Assembly (NCBI GenBank): GCA_964592745.1
Contig: CAZQFL010000007.1
Location: 375-64,374 of the forward strand
Source: an uncultured Desulfurococcaceae archaeon
GTDB taxonomy: Archaea > Thermoproteota > Thermoprotei_A > Sulfolobales > NBVN01
Direction of reading: 5' to 3'
DNA length: 64,000 bases
Part shown: in pieces, positions 8,322 through 19,621 of the stretch
Layout of the letters: every line of letters begins with the position of its first letter
Position numbering within the stretch: the first letter of the stretch is position 1
The notes under the pieces: model-generated
Databases searched by the model: none
The model's input: only the letters and a program-made list of their open reading frames with translations
Told to the model about the DNA's origin: nothing
Program-made: the position numbers and the translations under genes

Positions 8322-8640
8322 GCATTTAAGAAAGTATTACCCAATAGAGAACTTAAACCTTGATCTAAGTAAGGTTGATATTGATGAGTTAGAGCTAATA
8401 GCAAGTATAGCAACGAGCCATCTTGAAGAAAGGCTGGAGAGACTATTAGGCAGGAGGACAGACTTCTTAGCAATTGTAAACATTAGTAAGAATGACTTAA
8501 TTAATGTATTAGTTGATGTAGAAGTTTTTGTGAAGCCAAGTCCTGAATTTGAAGTGAAAATAGATAAGTATATTGAGGAGGTGCTTAACATTGTTAGAGA
8601 TGAGCTCATTAAAAGATACGGTCAGAAAGATACTAAATGA
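8299..8640 (+). CDS. unlisted small conserved-looking protein (open frame of 113 sense codons with no canonical start near its 5' end)
   Basis: The frame starting at 8299 runs without a stop to TGA at 8638-8640 in AT-rich DNA. It translates to a globular-looking sequence (...PIENLNLDLSKVDIDELELIASIATSHLEERLERLLGRRTDFLAIVNISKNDLINVLVDVEVFVKPSPEFEVKIDKYIEEVLNIVRDELIKRYGQKDTK). The two listed minus-strand ORFs here are low-complexity Ser/Leu antisense artefacts. Confidence 0.55.
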   Translation, partial: VWEVKLVKHLRKYYPIENLNLDLSKVDIDELELIASIATSHLEERLERLLGRRTDFLAIVNISKNDLINVLVDVEVFVKPSPEFEVKIDKYIEEVLNIVRDELIKRYGQKDTK

Positions 8641-9661
8641 GCTGAAGGATGCACGTAAGGTTTGCTTAATAACACATAGAAATGCTGATCCAGATGCCGT
8701 AGCATCCACTATTGCTTTCAAGTACTTCATAGAAAACATAGAATATTTAAAGAATAAGAAATTAATTATACATACAATTTTCCCTGAAGGTATAGAGCTA
8801 GTAAGTAAGAACATAATGACGTCACTTAATATTGATATCGGTAATTTTCTAAAGGATGCTAATGAAGAGATAGACTGTGATATCCAGGTAGTATTAGATG
8901 CAGCTTCAGAAAGTCAGCTGGGCAAATATTCAAAACTTCTTAATAATTACATAATCATAGATCACCATGATGTAAATACACTAATTAAGAATTCTAAGGT
9001 AGCACTCTATGATAAGACCGCATCATCAACATCAGAATTAATAAGCCTGATGTATATGACACTTAATCTAAAACCTGAATCACACATAGCTTCACTCTTA
9101 TTAAGTGGCATAATCTATGATACAAGATTCTTTAGAATATCAGTAAGACCTCAAACATTCAATGTAATCTATTGGCTCCTAACATGTAATGCAATGTACG
9201 GATTAATCGTGGAGGTAATGACTAAAAAGGAGATCCCGTACGCTGAGAAAGTTGCGAGATTGAAAGCTGCTCTAAGGGCAGGACTTTATGCTATTAATGA
9301 TTACTTACTAGTTATCACATGCATCGGTGCTTATGAATCATCAGCTCTTAAGACATTACAAGATGCGGGTGCAGATATAGCTATAGCCATAGCTAGAAGA
9401 GAGAATTACGTTAGAGTAACTATTAGAGCCAATAAGAGAGTATTGGAAGGCATAAGTAACTCCTTAGCTGCAGACTTAGCTAACATATTAGGCAATGAAT
9501 TTAAAGGTTCGGGAGGAGGTCATGGAGCGGCTGCTGGAGCCCTACTAAGAGATTTTGATTGTGAGCATTTCATTAGGGTTTTAAGAAAATTCTTTGAAGA
9601 TAAAGGGTATAAGTTTAGAACCCTAGATGAAGGTAGATGGAAAAATGAGTGTGGTGACTAA
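8600..9661 (+). CDS. DHH-family phosphoesterase (NrnA/RecJ-like)
   Basis: Motifs present: HRNADPDAVAS, IIDHH and, in DHHA1, GGGHGAAAG. The ATG at 8600 (MSSLKDTV...) is more plausible than the listed 8573. Confidence 0.8.
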   Translation: MSSLKDTVRKILNELKDARKVCLITHRNADPDAVASTIAFKYFIENIEYLKNKKLIIHTIFPEGIELVSKNIMTSLNIDIGNFLKDANEEIDCDIQVVLDAASESQLGKYSKLLNNYIIIDHHDVNTLIKNSKVALYDKTASSTSELISLMYMTLNLKPESHIASLLLSGIIYDTRFFRISVRPQTFNVIYWLLTCNAMYGLIVEVMTKKEIPYAEKVARLKAALRAGLYAINDYLLVITCIGAYESSALKTLQDAGADIAIAIARRENYVRVTIRANKRVLEGISNSLAADLANILGNEFKGSGGGHGAAAGALLRDFDCEHFIRVLRKFFEDKGYKFRTLDEGRWKNECGD

Positions 9662-10377
9662 TGGTTAAGGTATACGTTGATGAGAGGGAGCGAGCTTCTA
9701 AAGTACCAAAGTATTTAGCAAGCATGGGTGTTACCGTAATATACAAGCAACTAGAATTAGGTGATTACATACCTGGTGAGGGATACATAATTGAACGTAA
9801 GAGAGTGGATGACTTAGCAAAATCAACATTTGAGGGGAGATTATTCGACCAAATTAAGAGGCTTAAGAGTTCAGATAAACATGTAATATTGCTCGTTGAG
9901 GGTAATATTAACTATTTAAGGAGGATAACAAGCAAGTATAAAGCTGTTGAAGCTGCATTAATAACTGCTATAGTGCTTTACGAGATACCAACATTATATA
10001 CGGTTAATGCACAACATAGCGCTGAAGTTATTAAATACATAGCTGAAAAATTGCAGAAGGATCGTGGCAGAGGCCTCTCATTACCAACATATAGGAGAGT
10101 CTCGAAACCTAAGGGCATAGATTTCAGGGAATGGCAATTATACATACTTTCATCATTTCCGGGAATAGGCCCAAAGATTGCTGAAAAACTCCTTATTAAG
10201 TTCGGTAGTCTAATTGATGTGTTTAAGGCATCACCAGCAGAACTTTCAAGAGTTGAAGGTATTAGTGAAGAGAAAGCCTGGCTTATCCATAAAATATTGA
10301 CAACGAAGTACAGCGTAAAATCCTCAACAACTGATTTATCTAAGTATTTAAAGAGTGTAAATAGTGATGGAGGATAG
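9661..10377 (+). CDS. xpf: XPF/ERCC4-type endonuclease, short crenarchaeal form
   Basis: Nuclease motif GDYI...IERKRVDDL, with a C-terminal (HhH)2 domain (FPGIGPKIAEKLL...). Confidence 0.85.
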   Translation: MVKVYVDERERASKVPKYLASMGVTVIYKQLELGDYIPGEGYIIERKRVDDLAKSTFEGRLFDQIKRLKSSDKHVILLVEGNINYLRRITSKYKAVEAALITAIVLYEIPTLYTVNAQHSAEVIKYIAEKLQKDRGRGLSLPTYRRVSKPKGIDFREWQLYILSSFPGIGPKIAEKLLIKFGSLIDVFKASPAELSRVEGISEEKAWLIHKILTTKYSVKSSTTDLSKYLKSVNSDGG

Positions 10378-10483
10378 TCCTCCTATTTTAGATGGAAATA
10401 AATGAATGTACTAGCTGACATTACATCATGTATTAACACTTAAGCTTTTAACCTCTAACAGCTTAACCATAACGGTTAGGGTT

Positions 10484-12700
10484 ATGCCAAGATATAAGAC
10501 TGTAGAACAAATACAGAAGATAATGTCTGACCTAGAGCATATTAGAAACATAGGTATTATCGCACATGTTGACCATGGTAAGACAACAACCACAGACTCA
10601 CTATTAGCAGCTGCCGGTATAATATCGATTAAGGTTGCTGGTGAAGCATTAGCCCTCGACTATCTCAATGTTGAGCAGAGGAGAGGTATTACTGTTAAGT
10701 CAGCTAACATAAGCCTTTACCACGAATATGAAGGTAAGCCTTATGTCATTAACTTAATAGATACTCCGGGTCATGTAGACTTTAGTGGTAAGGTGACTAG
10801 AGCTCTAAGAGTTCTTGATGGCGCTATTGTTGTCGTTGATGCTGTTGAAGGCGTTATGACGCAGACAGAGACTGTCTTAAGGCAAGCACTTGAGGAGAGG
10901 GTTAGACCATTATTGTACATAAATAAGGTTGATAGATTAATTAGGGAGTTAAAGTTAACACCTCAAGAAATTCAAAGAAGGTTTGTCGAAATAATCAGGG
11001 ACGTAAATAATTTAATTAGGGAGTATGCTGAGCCTCAATTCCGTGATAAATGGTTAATAGATGCTGCCAAAGGTATGGTTGCATTTGGGTCAGCTAAGGA
11101 TAAGATAGGGTTAACAGTGCCTATATCAGCTAAGAAGGGTATTAAGATTATTGACATGATTAAAGCTTACGAAAAAGGTAGACAAGCCGTTGAGGAATTA
11201 CAGAAGATTATACCGCTTCATGAAGCATTACTCGATATGGTTGTAAAGTTTATTCCTAATCCACGTGAAGCACAGAGGTATCGTATACCTAAGATATGGA
11301 GAGGTGATATTGATAGTGAATTAGGTAAGGCTATGATCAATGCAGATCCCAATGGTCCCTTAGTATTCTTCGTTAATGATATGAGAATCGACCCACACGC
11401 AGGCCTAGTAGCTACGGGTAGGGTATTTTCAGGTACTTTGAAGTCAGGCAAGGAAGTATGGTTAGTTATTGGTAGGACTAAACAGAAGGTACTTCAAGTA
11501 AGCCTTTACATGGGACCATTTAGAGAGCCCGTAGCTCAGGTTACGGCAGGAAATATAGCAGCTGTGCTAGGACTTGACAAGGCCAGATCTGGTGAGACTG
11601 TAGTTGATATAGCCTTCAAAGATGTCGCAGCACCATTTGAGAAGATGAGATATGTATCAGAGCCTGTAGTAACAATGGCTATAGAACCAAAGAGAACACA
11701 AGACTTAACAAAACTCATCGAAGCATTAAGAAGAATGGCTATTGAAGATCCAAACTTAGTTGTAAAGATAAATGAAGAAACTGGTGAATACCTCATATCA
11801 GGGATGGGTCCATTACACCTTGAAATAGCTTTAACCTTGCTAAAAGAGAATTATGGATTAGAAGTAGTTACATCACCACCAATAGTAGTTTATAGAGAGA
11901 CCATAAGAGGCCATTCAGAAGTACTGGAGGGTAAGTCGCCAAATAAGCATAATAAGTTATACATTAGCGTTGAACCATTAAATGAGGAAACTATAAGACT
12001 CATCCAAGAAGGCATAGTTACTGAAGATATGGATGCTCGTGAAAGAGCTAAGATATTGAGAGACCAAGCGGGTTGGGATTATGACGAAGCTAGAAGGATT
12101 TGGGCTATTGATGAAAACATAAACATACTCGTTGACATGACTTCAGGTGTCCAACACTTAAGGGAAGTTAAGGATACGATAATCCAAGGATTTAGATTAG
12201 CAATGAGGGAGGGGCCTTTAGCTATGGAGCCTGTAAGGGGCGTTAAGGTCATATTACATGATGCAGTAATTCACGAGGATCCAGCACATAGAGGTCCAGC
12301 ACAAATATTCCCTGCAGTTAGGAATCCTGTGTATGCAGGTATGTTACTAGCTAAACCAACACTTCTTGAACCATTGCAAAAGCTCGATATAAAGACTCCC
12401 ATGGACTACATGAGCTCAGTAATTTCAGTAATATCTAGAAAAAGAGGTAAGGTAGTCAATGTTATTCAGGTAAACCCAACAATAGTTAGGATTATTGCCG
12501 AGATCCCTGTTGCTGAGTCTTTTGACTTAGCTAATGAGTTAAGATCAGCAACAGCAGGTAGGGCATTCTGGGGTACTGAATTTAGTAGATGGGCTCCAGT
12601 ACCTGATTCACTATTAATGGATGTAGTCAGAAAAATTAGAGAGAGGAAAGGATTAAAGCCAGAACCGCCTAGACCTGAAGACTTCATATCGCCTTATTAA
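10484..12700 (+). CDS. fusA: translation elongation factor 2
   Basis: [23 protein letters not shown] and NKVDR GTPase motifs. 738 aa. The diphthamide-region HEDPAHRG is present. Confidence 0.97.
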   Translation: MPRYKTVEQIQKIMSDLEHIRNIGIIAHVDHGKTTTTDSLLAAAGIISIKVAGEALALDYLNVEQRRGITVKSANISLYHEYEGKPYVINLIDTPGHVDFSGKVTRALRVLDGAIVVVDAVEGVMTQTETVLRQALEERVRPLLYINKVDRLIRELKLTPQEIQRRFVEIIRDVNNLIREYAEPQFRDKWLIDAAKGMVAFGSAKDKIGLTVPISAKKGIKIIDMIKAYEKGRQAVEELQKIIPLHEALLDMVVKFIPNPREAQRYRIPKIWRGDIDSELGKAMINADPNGPLVFFVNDMRIDPHAGLVATGRVFSGTLKSGKEVWLVIGRTKQKVLQVSLYMGPFREPVAQVTAGNIAAVLGLDKARSGETVVDIAFKDVAAPFEKMRYVSEPVVTMAIEPKRTQDLTKLIEALRRMAIEDPNLVVKINEETGEYLISGMGPLHLEIALTLLKENYGLEVVTSPPIVVYRETIRGHSEVLEGKSPNKHNKLYISVEPLNEETIRLIQEGIVTEDMDARERAKILRDQAGWDYDEARRIWAIDENINILVDMTSGVQHLREVKDTIIQGFRLAMREGPLAMEPVRGVKVILHDAVIHEDPAHRGPAQIFPAVRNPVYAGMLLAKPTLLEPLQKLDIKTPMDYMSSVISVISRKRGKVVNVIQVNPTIVRIIAEIPVAESFDLANELRSATAGRAFWGTEFSRWAPVPDSLLMDVVRKIRERKGLKPEPPRPEDFISPY

Positions 12701-12710
12701 GTCTAATGGA

Positions 12711-13778
12711 CTAAATTATACTCCAATAATCTCCTAGGATTCTTTTAATTTTACTAATTAGGTAGCCGTACTTGCGTAAACCTTTCTCACTAAGCTCATC
12801 AATTACTTCCTCATTAATTCCCGGCTTAATATAGCCCTTGACATAAGCTGTAAGTCCTTTCCTTAAACCATCACCATAACCGCCCTCTAATACTGTAACC
12901 GCACCCTTCACTACTCCCTTTCTTAACAACTTATTTACTAAGTAGCCATATGCTTCATACGTTATTTCAGTAACACTTAAATCTGTAAGGGGGTCTGTAC
13001 GATATGCATCAAATCCTGCTGAGATAACGAGGAAATCAGGTTTAAATTCACTAACCACTACTTCTATTACATTCTTTAAAACCCATATATAAATCGTGTC
13101 GTTAGATAGAGGATCTAATGGTATATTTATTTTAGTCCCTTCAGCATTTTTACCACCAAGATCTTTTAAATCCCCGGTACCTGGATATATTCCTCTTTCA
13201 TGAATATCAACATGTACAACTCTTCCATTATCCCAGAATATTTCTTGAGTTCCATTACCATGATGTGCATCAAAGTCTATCACTAATACCCTTCCGACAC
13301 TCCTCAGAGCCGATACTACGGCTGCTGCTGAGTTGTTGAATATACAGAAACCGTTTGTTGGCGCTCCTAATGCCTTACCTCTAATTCCTGAGTGATGTCC
13401 AGGTGGTCTAACAAGTATTAATATATTAATACCTTCCTGAAGAGCTACATTACTAGCTTGATAAGCCGTACTGAAAGCTGCTAATGCTACGTCAAATGTA
13501 TGTTCATTAACATAAGTATCAGGATCTATGTAATGGAAACCCTTTCTTGATTCATCCTTTATGAAGCTTACATAATCACCATCATGCACTAAGAGTAATA
13601 TATCCTCACCATATTTTACAGCACCTCTAATGTCTACCTTAATGCTCTCCTTTGATAAGAATTTATTAAGTGAATTAAAGGCTATATCTAACCTAATAGG
13701 ATTCTCAACATGAGATGCGGTTGGATCGTAATGCTGTAGGAATAGAGAGTCAAAATAGATGATTAAGTCTTTATTCAT
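12711..13778 (-). CDS. histone deacetylase-family amidohydrolase (AcuC/acetylpolyamine type)
   Basis: VRPPGHH, DFDAHHGNGTQEIF and SAGFDA motifs. Confidence 0.85.
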   Translation of the reverse strand: MNKDLIIYFDSLFLQHYDPTASHVENPIRLDIAFNSLNKFLSKESIKVDIRGAVKYGEDILLLVHDGDYVSFIKDESRKGFHYIDPDTYVNEHTFDVALAAFSTAYQASNVALQEGINILILVRPPGHHSGIRGKALGAPTNGFCIFNNSAAAVVSALRSVGRVLVIDFDAHHGNGTQEIFWDNGRVVHVDIHERGIYPGTGDLKDLGGKNAEGTKINIPLDPLSNDTIYIWVLKNVIEVVVSEFKPDFLVISAGFDAYRTDPLTDLSVTEITYEAYGYLVNKLLRKGVVKGAVTVLEGGYGDGLRKGLTAYVKGYIKPGINEEVIDELSEKGLRKYGYLISKIKRILGDYWSII

Positions 13779-14754
13779 AATTCTTACCTAATAATGCCCT
13801 AACCGCTAACCTTATAGCTGTAGCTGAGCTATACCTTGGTCTCCAACCAATTGATGTTATTTTACCTATATCTAATAACATGAACTTAACATCACCGACC
13901 CAGCCCCTACCATCTTTAGTTCCAGGTTTAAACACGTACTTAACATTGCTCAAACCCATCTCACTAACAACAATGTCAGCTATTTCCTTAACTGTTACCC
14001 AATCATTGTTCCCGACATTAAATATTTCAAAGTTATTACTCGACTTCAAAATGTAATTTAATGCTACATCAATGGCGCTTAGTAAGTCGTAAACATGAAG
14101 ATAGGATTTTCTTTGAGTGCCATCACCTAGTATCTCAAGTATTCTAGGGTTTTGTCTTAACTTCCTTATGAAGTCTACTATGACACCATGTGTTTGATAC
14201 GGTCCTACAATATTTGCAAGCCTTAATATCAATGCTTTAAATCCGTATAGTTTACTGTACGTAATTATTAAGTTCTCTGACGCTAACTTGGCTGCTCCAT
14301 ACATCGATATGGGAATTAGTGGATGGTAATTCTCAGGTGTGGGCAACTTCTTAGCATCACCGTAAACTGTAGATGAGCTCGTAAACACTAATACGTTAAC
14401 ATCGGCTAATCTGCAAGCTTCTAGGACATTAAAAGTAGCTACTACGTTTTCGTAGAAATGAACTTGAGGGTTAATTACAGAGACTTTAACCTCAGGATTA
14501 GCAGCTAAGTGGTATACAACCCCGCTCTCTTGAAATAAATTTTTAAGATCATAAGGGCTAATGTGCTTTAAATCAATCTTGAAGAAGTTAACTAATCCCT
14601 TATTAATTAAATCATTAATGTTGTTTATGTTACCAGATGACAAGTTGTCTATTACCTTAACTTTAATACCTTTACTAACTAGGTGCCTGACTAAGTTCGA
14701 TCCTATGAATCCTGCACCTCCAGTAACGACTACCTCCTTACTCAAGATAATCAC
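13771..14754 (-). CDS. NAD-dependent sugar-nucleotide epimerase/dehydratase
   Basis: VTGGAGFIGSNLV Rossmann motif and the YGAAK catalytic motif. Confidence 0.85.
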   Translation of the reverse strand: MIILSKEVVVTGGAGFIGSNLVRHLVSKGIKVKVIDNLSSGNINNINDLINKGLVNFFKIDLKHISPYDLKNLFQESGVVYHLAANPEVKVSVINPQVHFYENVVATFNVLEACRLADVNVLVFTSSSTVYGDAKKLPTPENYHPLIPISMYGAAKLASENLIITYSKLYGFKALILRLANIVGPYQTHGVIVDFIRKLRQNPRILEILGDGTQRKSYLHVYDLLSAIDVALNYILKSSNNFEIFNVGNNDWVTVKEIADIVVSEMGLSNVKYVFKPGTKDGRGWVGDVKFMLLDIGKITSIGWRPRYSSATAIRLAVRALLGKNYE

Positions 14755-15737
14755 TTCACTTTATTCATTATTGATGAGGCTATTTTGGAAGCTATATTAA
14801 GCATAGCATCTAATGACCCATTACTTGGCTCTTTAAACCTTATAAGTATATGGTTACCTCTTAAAGTGACTAATAGTTTATCTATCATGTTTTGAGGTAT
14901 TGACTTTATTATATCAACGAAGCTTATGTCACGTCGTAAGAGACATATTCTCATTATATAACCAAGCTCTGATTCCTGTATTAATAATGCTATACCATCA
15001 CTCCTACATAGTCTAAGTAACGCGTCATATCCAACAGCTCTTAGCAAGTTAATGTTCCTCTTTATGAATTCATCATTAAAGCTAGATGATATAGTTACTA
15101 CTTTAATTATTCCTAACTCTATGTAATGTTTATTTTTAATTAACTCATTAAGTAGTTCAAGTGCTTTCTCATATTTTTCAGCTTCCCTACTAAGTTGTTC
15201 AGATATCTTTAATGTCTTTGAATTTATGACGGTATAAGCGAAGCTATACATAACATTTCTAAACTCTTTATTACTATAGTTGACCTTAAATGCCTTATAC
15301 ATTATTTTACCTATCCTTGATAGCTTATCTAATTTTGATGTATTCATTGCAATTATGTCATTTAATATTTGCTCAGGGATAGTTACATTTTCATTTAATG
15401 TTTGAATATATTCTAATGCAACTTCAGTAAGTGAATTGACGCCCACTAGTCTCATTAAGATATTTGATCTACCCTCTCCATCATATCTTAATACTAAACC
15501 TAACTTCTTATCACTTAAATATTCAAGTGCTGTTGAGTTAATTAGTGTTGCACCATCCCTATGTGTTATACCCACACAGTAGCACTTACTTAATATTAAG
15601 TTCCTTCTTTCTAGAGGTGAAGGAAATTCTAAGAATACTTTATAGCCTTTACGTGTTAGGGCGGTAGCTAGTATTGCTGTCGCGAATATGTCGTCCCAAC
15701 TCCAATCTGAGTATATGGTTATGTTAGAGCTCATCAT
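14751..15737 (-). CDS. hypothetical protein, possibly a catalytically degenerate DHH/DHHA1-like fold
   Basis: 328-aa ORF translationally coupled to the epimerase gene. The N-terminal ITIYSDWSWDDIFATAIL and C-terminal TLRGNHILIRF only loosely echo the DHH and GGGH positions. No catalytic Asp/His set is visible. Confidence 0.45.
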   Translation of the reverse strand: MMSSNITIYSDWSWDDIFATAILATALTRKGYKVFLEFPSPLERRNLILSKCYCVGITHRDGATLINSTALEYLSDKKLGLVLRYDGEGRSNILMRLVGVNSLTEVALEYIQTLNENVTIPEQILNDIIAMNTSKLDKLSRIGKIMYKAFKVNYSNKEFRNVMYSFAYTVINSKTLKISEQLSREAEKYEKALELLNELIKNKHYIELGIIKVVTISSSFNDEFIKRNINLLRAVGYDALLRLCRSDGIALLIQESELGYIMRICLLRRDISFVDIIKSIPQNMIDKLLVTLRGNHILIRFKEPSNGSLDAMLNIASKIASSIMNKVK

Positions 15738-15958
15738 TATACCCCCTTTACCAACATCATAAGTAACATACTGACACCACTATAGTTGCATGTGACATTA
15801 TTTCATTATATATTCACTATCTTCTCAATGAATTTCACTTGCGAGCAAAAATATATTTCGTTTCTTTGAGTGAAGTACGTGATTACCATTCATTAATACT
15901 TCTGAATCACCCATTGATTAACTCGTGGAAAATAAGCTTATTAGCTTTTATTTATATC

Positions 15959-18070
15959 ATGAATCAGGTGTTAGGATTGTTTGATGCAGTAATTATGGCA
16001 TTATTATGTGGTGTAGTTGCGGTGATATATGCGTTAATATTAGCGTATTTAATAATGAAAGAGCCTGAGGGTAAGGGTAGAATAGTTGATATTGCTAGTT
16101 TCATAAAGGAGGGTGCAAGAGCGTATCTTAAGAGGCAATACTCAATAATATTAATTATAGCCATAATCATAGCTGCGCTATTATCGATATTCTCGGTACG
16201 CATGTCATTAAGCTACATCCTTGGTGCATTATCCTCGGTACTGGCTGGCTATGTAGGAATGTGGATAGCTGTAAACTCTAATGTAAGAACAACATATGCT
16301 GCTAAGGAACATGGCCTATCTAAGGCTTTTAAAATAGCCTTTAGAGGTGGCATGGTTACAGGATTGATGGTTGTAGGTGTTGGTACGGCCTTAATAGCTG
16401 TTCAATATCTTCTCTATGGTGGTGGACCCAACACACCTGATGTAATTAGAGATTTAATTGGATATAGCTTTGGTGCATCAACTGTAGCCTTATTCGCCAG
16501 AGCTGGAGGAGGAATATACACTAAAGCAGCTGATATAGGTGCTGACCTAGTCGGTAAGGTAGAAGCAGGTATACCTGAGGATGACCCGAGAAATCCGGGT
16601 GTAATAGCTGATAATGTAGGTGATAATGTAGGTGATGTTGCGGGTATGGGTGCTGATCTCTTTGAGTCGTATGTCGGTGCAATAATTTCATCAATGGTTA
16701 TAGCAGCATCAGCTATTAGAGTTCTAGCTGGTGGTGAGTGGATTCAATGGGCACTACTTCCCTTAGCCATAGCTAGTGCAGGTATTATAGCGTCAATAAT
16801 AACGTCACTAGTAGTTAGAGTAAGAGAAGGTGGGGATCCCTCGAAACCGCTGACTTTGGCCACCATAATATCTGCAATAATAATTTCAATACTAACGTAT
16901 CCGTTATCAACATGGTTGCTGGGACCAGGGATAGGTATTAGGGTATTCTTAGTTGTTATTGCAGGTCTTGCAGCAGGTATAACTATAGGGTTGACAAGCG
17001 ATTACTTCACGAACAAGAATAGGAAGCCTGTTAGAAGAGTAGCTGAGATGTCACAAATGGGTGCAGCATTAACCATACTTAGCGGCTTATCTTACGGATT
17101 CTTAAGTGTGGTAATTCCTGCTGTAGGTATAGCTGTAGCCGAGCTCCTAGCCTATTACTTACTCTCACCACTAGGTTTCTGGTACGGCATTTATGGTGTG
17201 GCTTTAGCTGCTGTTGGCATGCTCTCACTAACGGGTGTTGTAGTTAGTGCTGATGCTTATGGACCAATAACAGATAATGCAGCAGGCATAGCTGAGCAGG
17301 CAGGTTTGGGTGAGGATGTTAGATCACTAACTGATAAGTTAGATGCTGCAGGCAACACAATGAAGTCTATATCTAAGGGCTTTGCTATAGGTTCAGCAGC
17401 TTTAACAGCTTTAGCGTTCCTTGCCGCTTACACGAGTAGTGTCTCACAAATAGCAGGTTTAGATTTCATGGAGTCAATGTCGCTACTCTCAATACTTGAT
17501 ATTAAGGTATTGGTCGGTACGTTAATAGGTATAGTACTGCCAGCTGCGTTCATATCATTAGTAATAATGAGTGTTAGTGATGCAGCATTTGTATTGATTG
17601 CTGAAATTCGTAGACAGTTAAGGGAGAAGCCAGGCATATTAGAATTTAAGGAGAAACCTGACTATGGTAGAGCTGTAGCCATAGTTACGTCATATGCCTT
17701 AAAGAGATTAATAGCGCCAGGCTTACTAGCAATAATATCGCCTATAGTTATAGGGTTTGTACTAGGGCCATACGGGCTAGCTGGAGCTCTATTAGCAGCA
17801 ATAATAACGGGTTTACTATTAGGTCTTTTCCAGGGCAACGTAGGTAATACATGGGATAATGCCAAGAAATTCATTGAAGAAGGGCACTTTGGAGGTAAAG
17901 GAAGTGAGACTCATAAGGCAGCAGTTATAGGCGATACTGTAGGTGACCCATTAAAGGATGCTGCAGGCCCTTCACTTAATATACTAATTAAGCTGATGAG
18001 TGTGGTATCACTAGTGTTCTCACCAGTTATAGTTAGTGTGAACCTATTACGTATACTAGGTATGGTCTAA
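15959..18070 (+). CDS. hppA: membrane H+-translocating pyrophosphatase
   Basis: [27 protein letters not shown] and GDTVGDP motifs with many transmembrane helices. The ATG at 15959 is preferred over the listed TTG at 15839. Confidence 0.93.
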   Translation: MNQVLGLFDAVIMALLCGVVAVIYALILAYLIMKEPEGKGRIVDIASFIKEGARAYLKRQYSIILIIAIIIAALLSIFSVRMSLSYILGALSSVLAGYVGMWIAVNSNVRTTYAAKEHGLSKAFKIAFRGGMVTGLMVVGVGTALIAVQYLLYGGGPNTPDVIRDLIGYSFGASTVALFARAGGGIYTKAADIGADLVGKVEAGIPEDDPRNPGVIADNVGDNVGDVAGMGADLFESYVGAIISSMVIAASAIRVLAGGEWIQWALLPLAIASAGIIASIITSLVVRVREGGDPSKPLTLATIISAIIISILTYPLSTWLLGPGIGIRVFLVVIAGLAAGITIGLTSDYFTNKNRKPVRRVAEMSQMGAALTILSGLSYGFLSVVIPAVGIAVAELLAYYLLSPLGFWYGIYGVALAAVGMLSLTGVVVSADAYGPITDNAAGIAEQAGLGEDVRSLTDKLDAAGNTMKSISKGFAIGSAALTALAFLAAYTSSVSQIAGLDFMESMSLLSILDIKVLVGTLIGIVLPAAFISLVIMSVSDAAFVLIAEIRRQLREKPGILEFKEKPDYGRAVAIVTSYALKRLIAPGLLAIISPIVIGFVLGPYGLAGALLAAIITGLLLGLFQGNVGNTWDNAKKFIEEGHFGGKGSETHKAAVIGDTVGDPLKDAAGPSLNILIKLMSVVSLVFSPVIVSVNLLRILGMV

Positions 18071-18115
18071 TTAGGAAGATCTTTTAGGGGTAAAACACTT
18101 TAAACATTAAGGAGT

Positions 18116-19621
18116 ATGATGTACTGCTATATAATTAAGGAGAGTTCAGAAATACCTTTAAAATCACATAGAACTAGACCAAGGTTTGAGAAGAGGCTAC
18201 TCAATAATATAGAATACGCGTTGAAAAAGGAAGGTATCGTAGATTACGACATTACTATGAGGGAAGGAGTAATAACTATTAAATCAAGTGACGATAAAGT
18301 GGGTGATGTAGTGAGAAATGTTTTTGGTGTTCACAAGGTATGTAAAGCTTTATGCATGGAGTTTAACTCAATTAATGATATAATATCTAAAGCTGAGGAG
18401 ATATTTAAGGATCATGTCATTGGGAAGAAGTTTGCTGTTAGAGTTAAACGTGCTGGTACTCATACCTTCACATCACTTGATATTGCAGCTAAGGTTGGTG
18501 AGGCATTACTTAAGTACTCAGCTGGAGTTAACTTAAGTAATCCTGATGTAATCATCAATATAGAGGTTAGGGATAACGTAGTTTACTACATACTTAAGTG
18601 TTGGGGTGGAGTTAAGGGGCTCCCCATAGGTACGGAGGGTAGGGTACTCTCGTTATTCTCTGGAGGTTATGATTCAACACTAGCTTCATGGCTTGCAGGG
18701 AAGAGGGGTTGTGAAGTAGACTTCCTACACTTCTTTATGGGCTCTAAAGACATTACAATCCAGGCCTTCCTAATAGCTAAGGAGCTTACTAAATGGTTAT
18801 CACCTTATGAATCCAAGATGATTATAATAGACATAACACCTCTCCTTTCAGAAATCAGAGTTAAGGTTAGAAATGACTACTCACAAGTAGTTCTAAGATG
18901 GTATATGTATTATATAGCTCAAAAATTAAGTAGTCTCCATAAATATGATGCAATAGTGACAGGTGAGTCTGTAGGTCAAGCATCATCTCAGACACTAAAG
19001 AATTTAAGTGTTATTGAGAAATCATTAGAATTCAATGTTAAAAGGCCCATAATAAGACCTCTAGCATTTATGGATAAAGAGGAGATTATCGAGAAGATAA
19101 GGAGTCTAGGTCTTTATGGAATGACTAGTAAAGTTAAGGAAGTATGTAGGTTAGCCATGGGTCCCGTAACTACGCGAGCGCATATGAAAATTCTAATGAA
19201 TGAAGTAAGAAAAATAAGTAAGGAACTCATCGATGTATTACTCAATACACGTATCACTGTTTCCATTAAGGATACCGAGCCAAATACTCTAAGTAGATTA
19301 CTAGATGAGTTTGTACTTAATGTTGAAGTAAACGCTGAAGAAGCTGTCAGGATAATTAAGGAGGGTGCAGTATTAATTGATGCAAGGGATCTAAAGGATT
19401 ATAAAGCATGGCATCTAAGTAACGCTATTCACGTTAGTGAACTCCATAAAATGCTTAAGAAAGGTATTGACTTCAGCAAATCATATGTAATTTACTGTGA
19501 TTATGGTACATTAAGTCTTGCATATGCTAAGATGCTTAGAAGACTTGGTATTAATGCCTTTAGTGTTAAGGGTGGTGTAAATAAACTTAAAGAGTTATTA
19601 AGGACCTCTAATGAGGGTTAG
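18116..19621 (+). CDS. thiI: tRNA 4-thiouridine synthase ThiI with C-terminal rhodanese domain
   Basis: THUMP-like N-terminus, PP-loop SGGYDS, and a C-terminal rhodanese-like segment (VIYCDYG). Confidence 0.85.
   Translation: MMYCYIIKESSEIPLKSHRTRPRFEKRLLNNIEYALKKEGIVDYDITMREGVITIKSSDDKVGDVVRNVFGVHKVCKALCMEFNSINDIISKAEEIFKDHVIGKKFAVRVKRAGTHTFTSLDIAAKVGEALLKYSAGVNLSNPDVIINIEVRDNVVYYILKCWGGVKGLPIGTEGRVLSLFSGGYDSTLASWLAGKRGCEVDFLHFFMGSKDITIQAFLIAKELTKWLSPYESKMIIIDITPLLSEIRVKVRNDYSQVVLRWYMYYIAQKLSSLHKYDAIVTGESVGQASSQTLKNLSVIEKSLEFNVKRPIIRPLAFMDKEEIIEKIRSLGLYGMTSKVKEVCRLAMGPVTTRAHMKILMNEVRKISKELIDVLLNTRITVSIKDTEPNTLSRLLDEFVLNVEVNAEEAVRIIKEGAVLIDARDLKDYKAWHLSNAIHVSELHKMLKKGIDFSKSYVIYCDYGTLSLAYAKMLRRLGINAFSVKGGVNKLKELLRTSNEG

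Noticed and set aside
8337-8814. Listed minus-strand ORFs 8337..8609 and 8509..8814.
   Set aside because: They are Ser/Leu/Thr-rich antisense shadows of the plus-strand unlisted ORF and the DHH gene.
15839-15958. The TTG-initiated N-terminal extension of the pyrophosphatase.
   Set aside because: The extension has no membrane-protein character. The ATG at 15959 directly precedes the first transmembrane helix.
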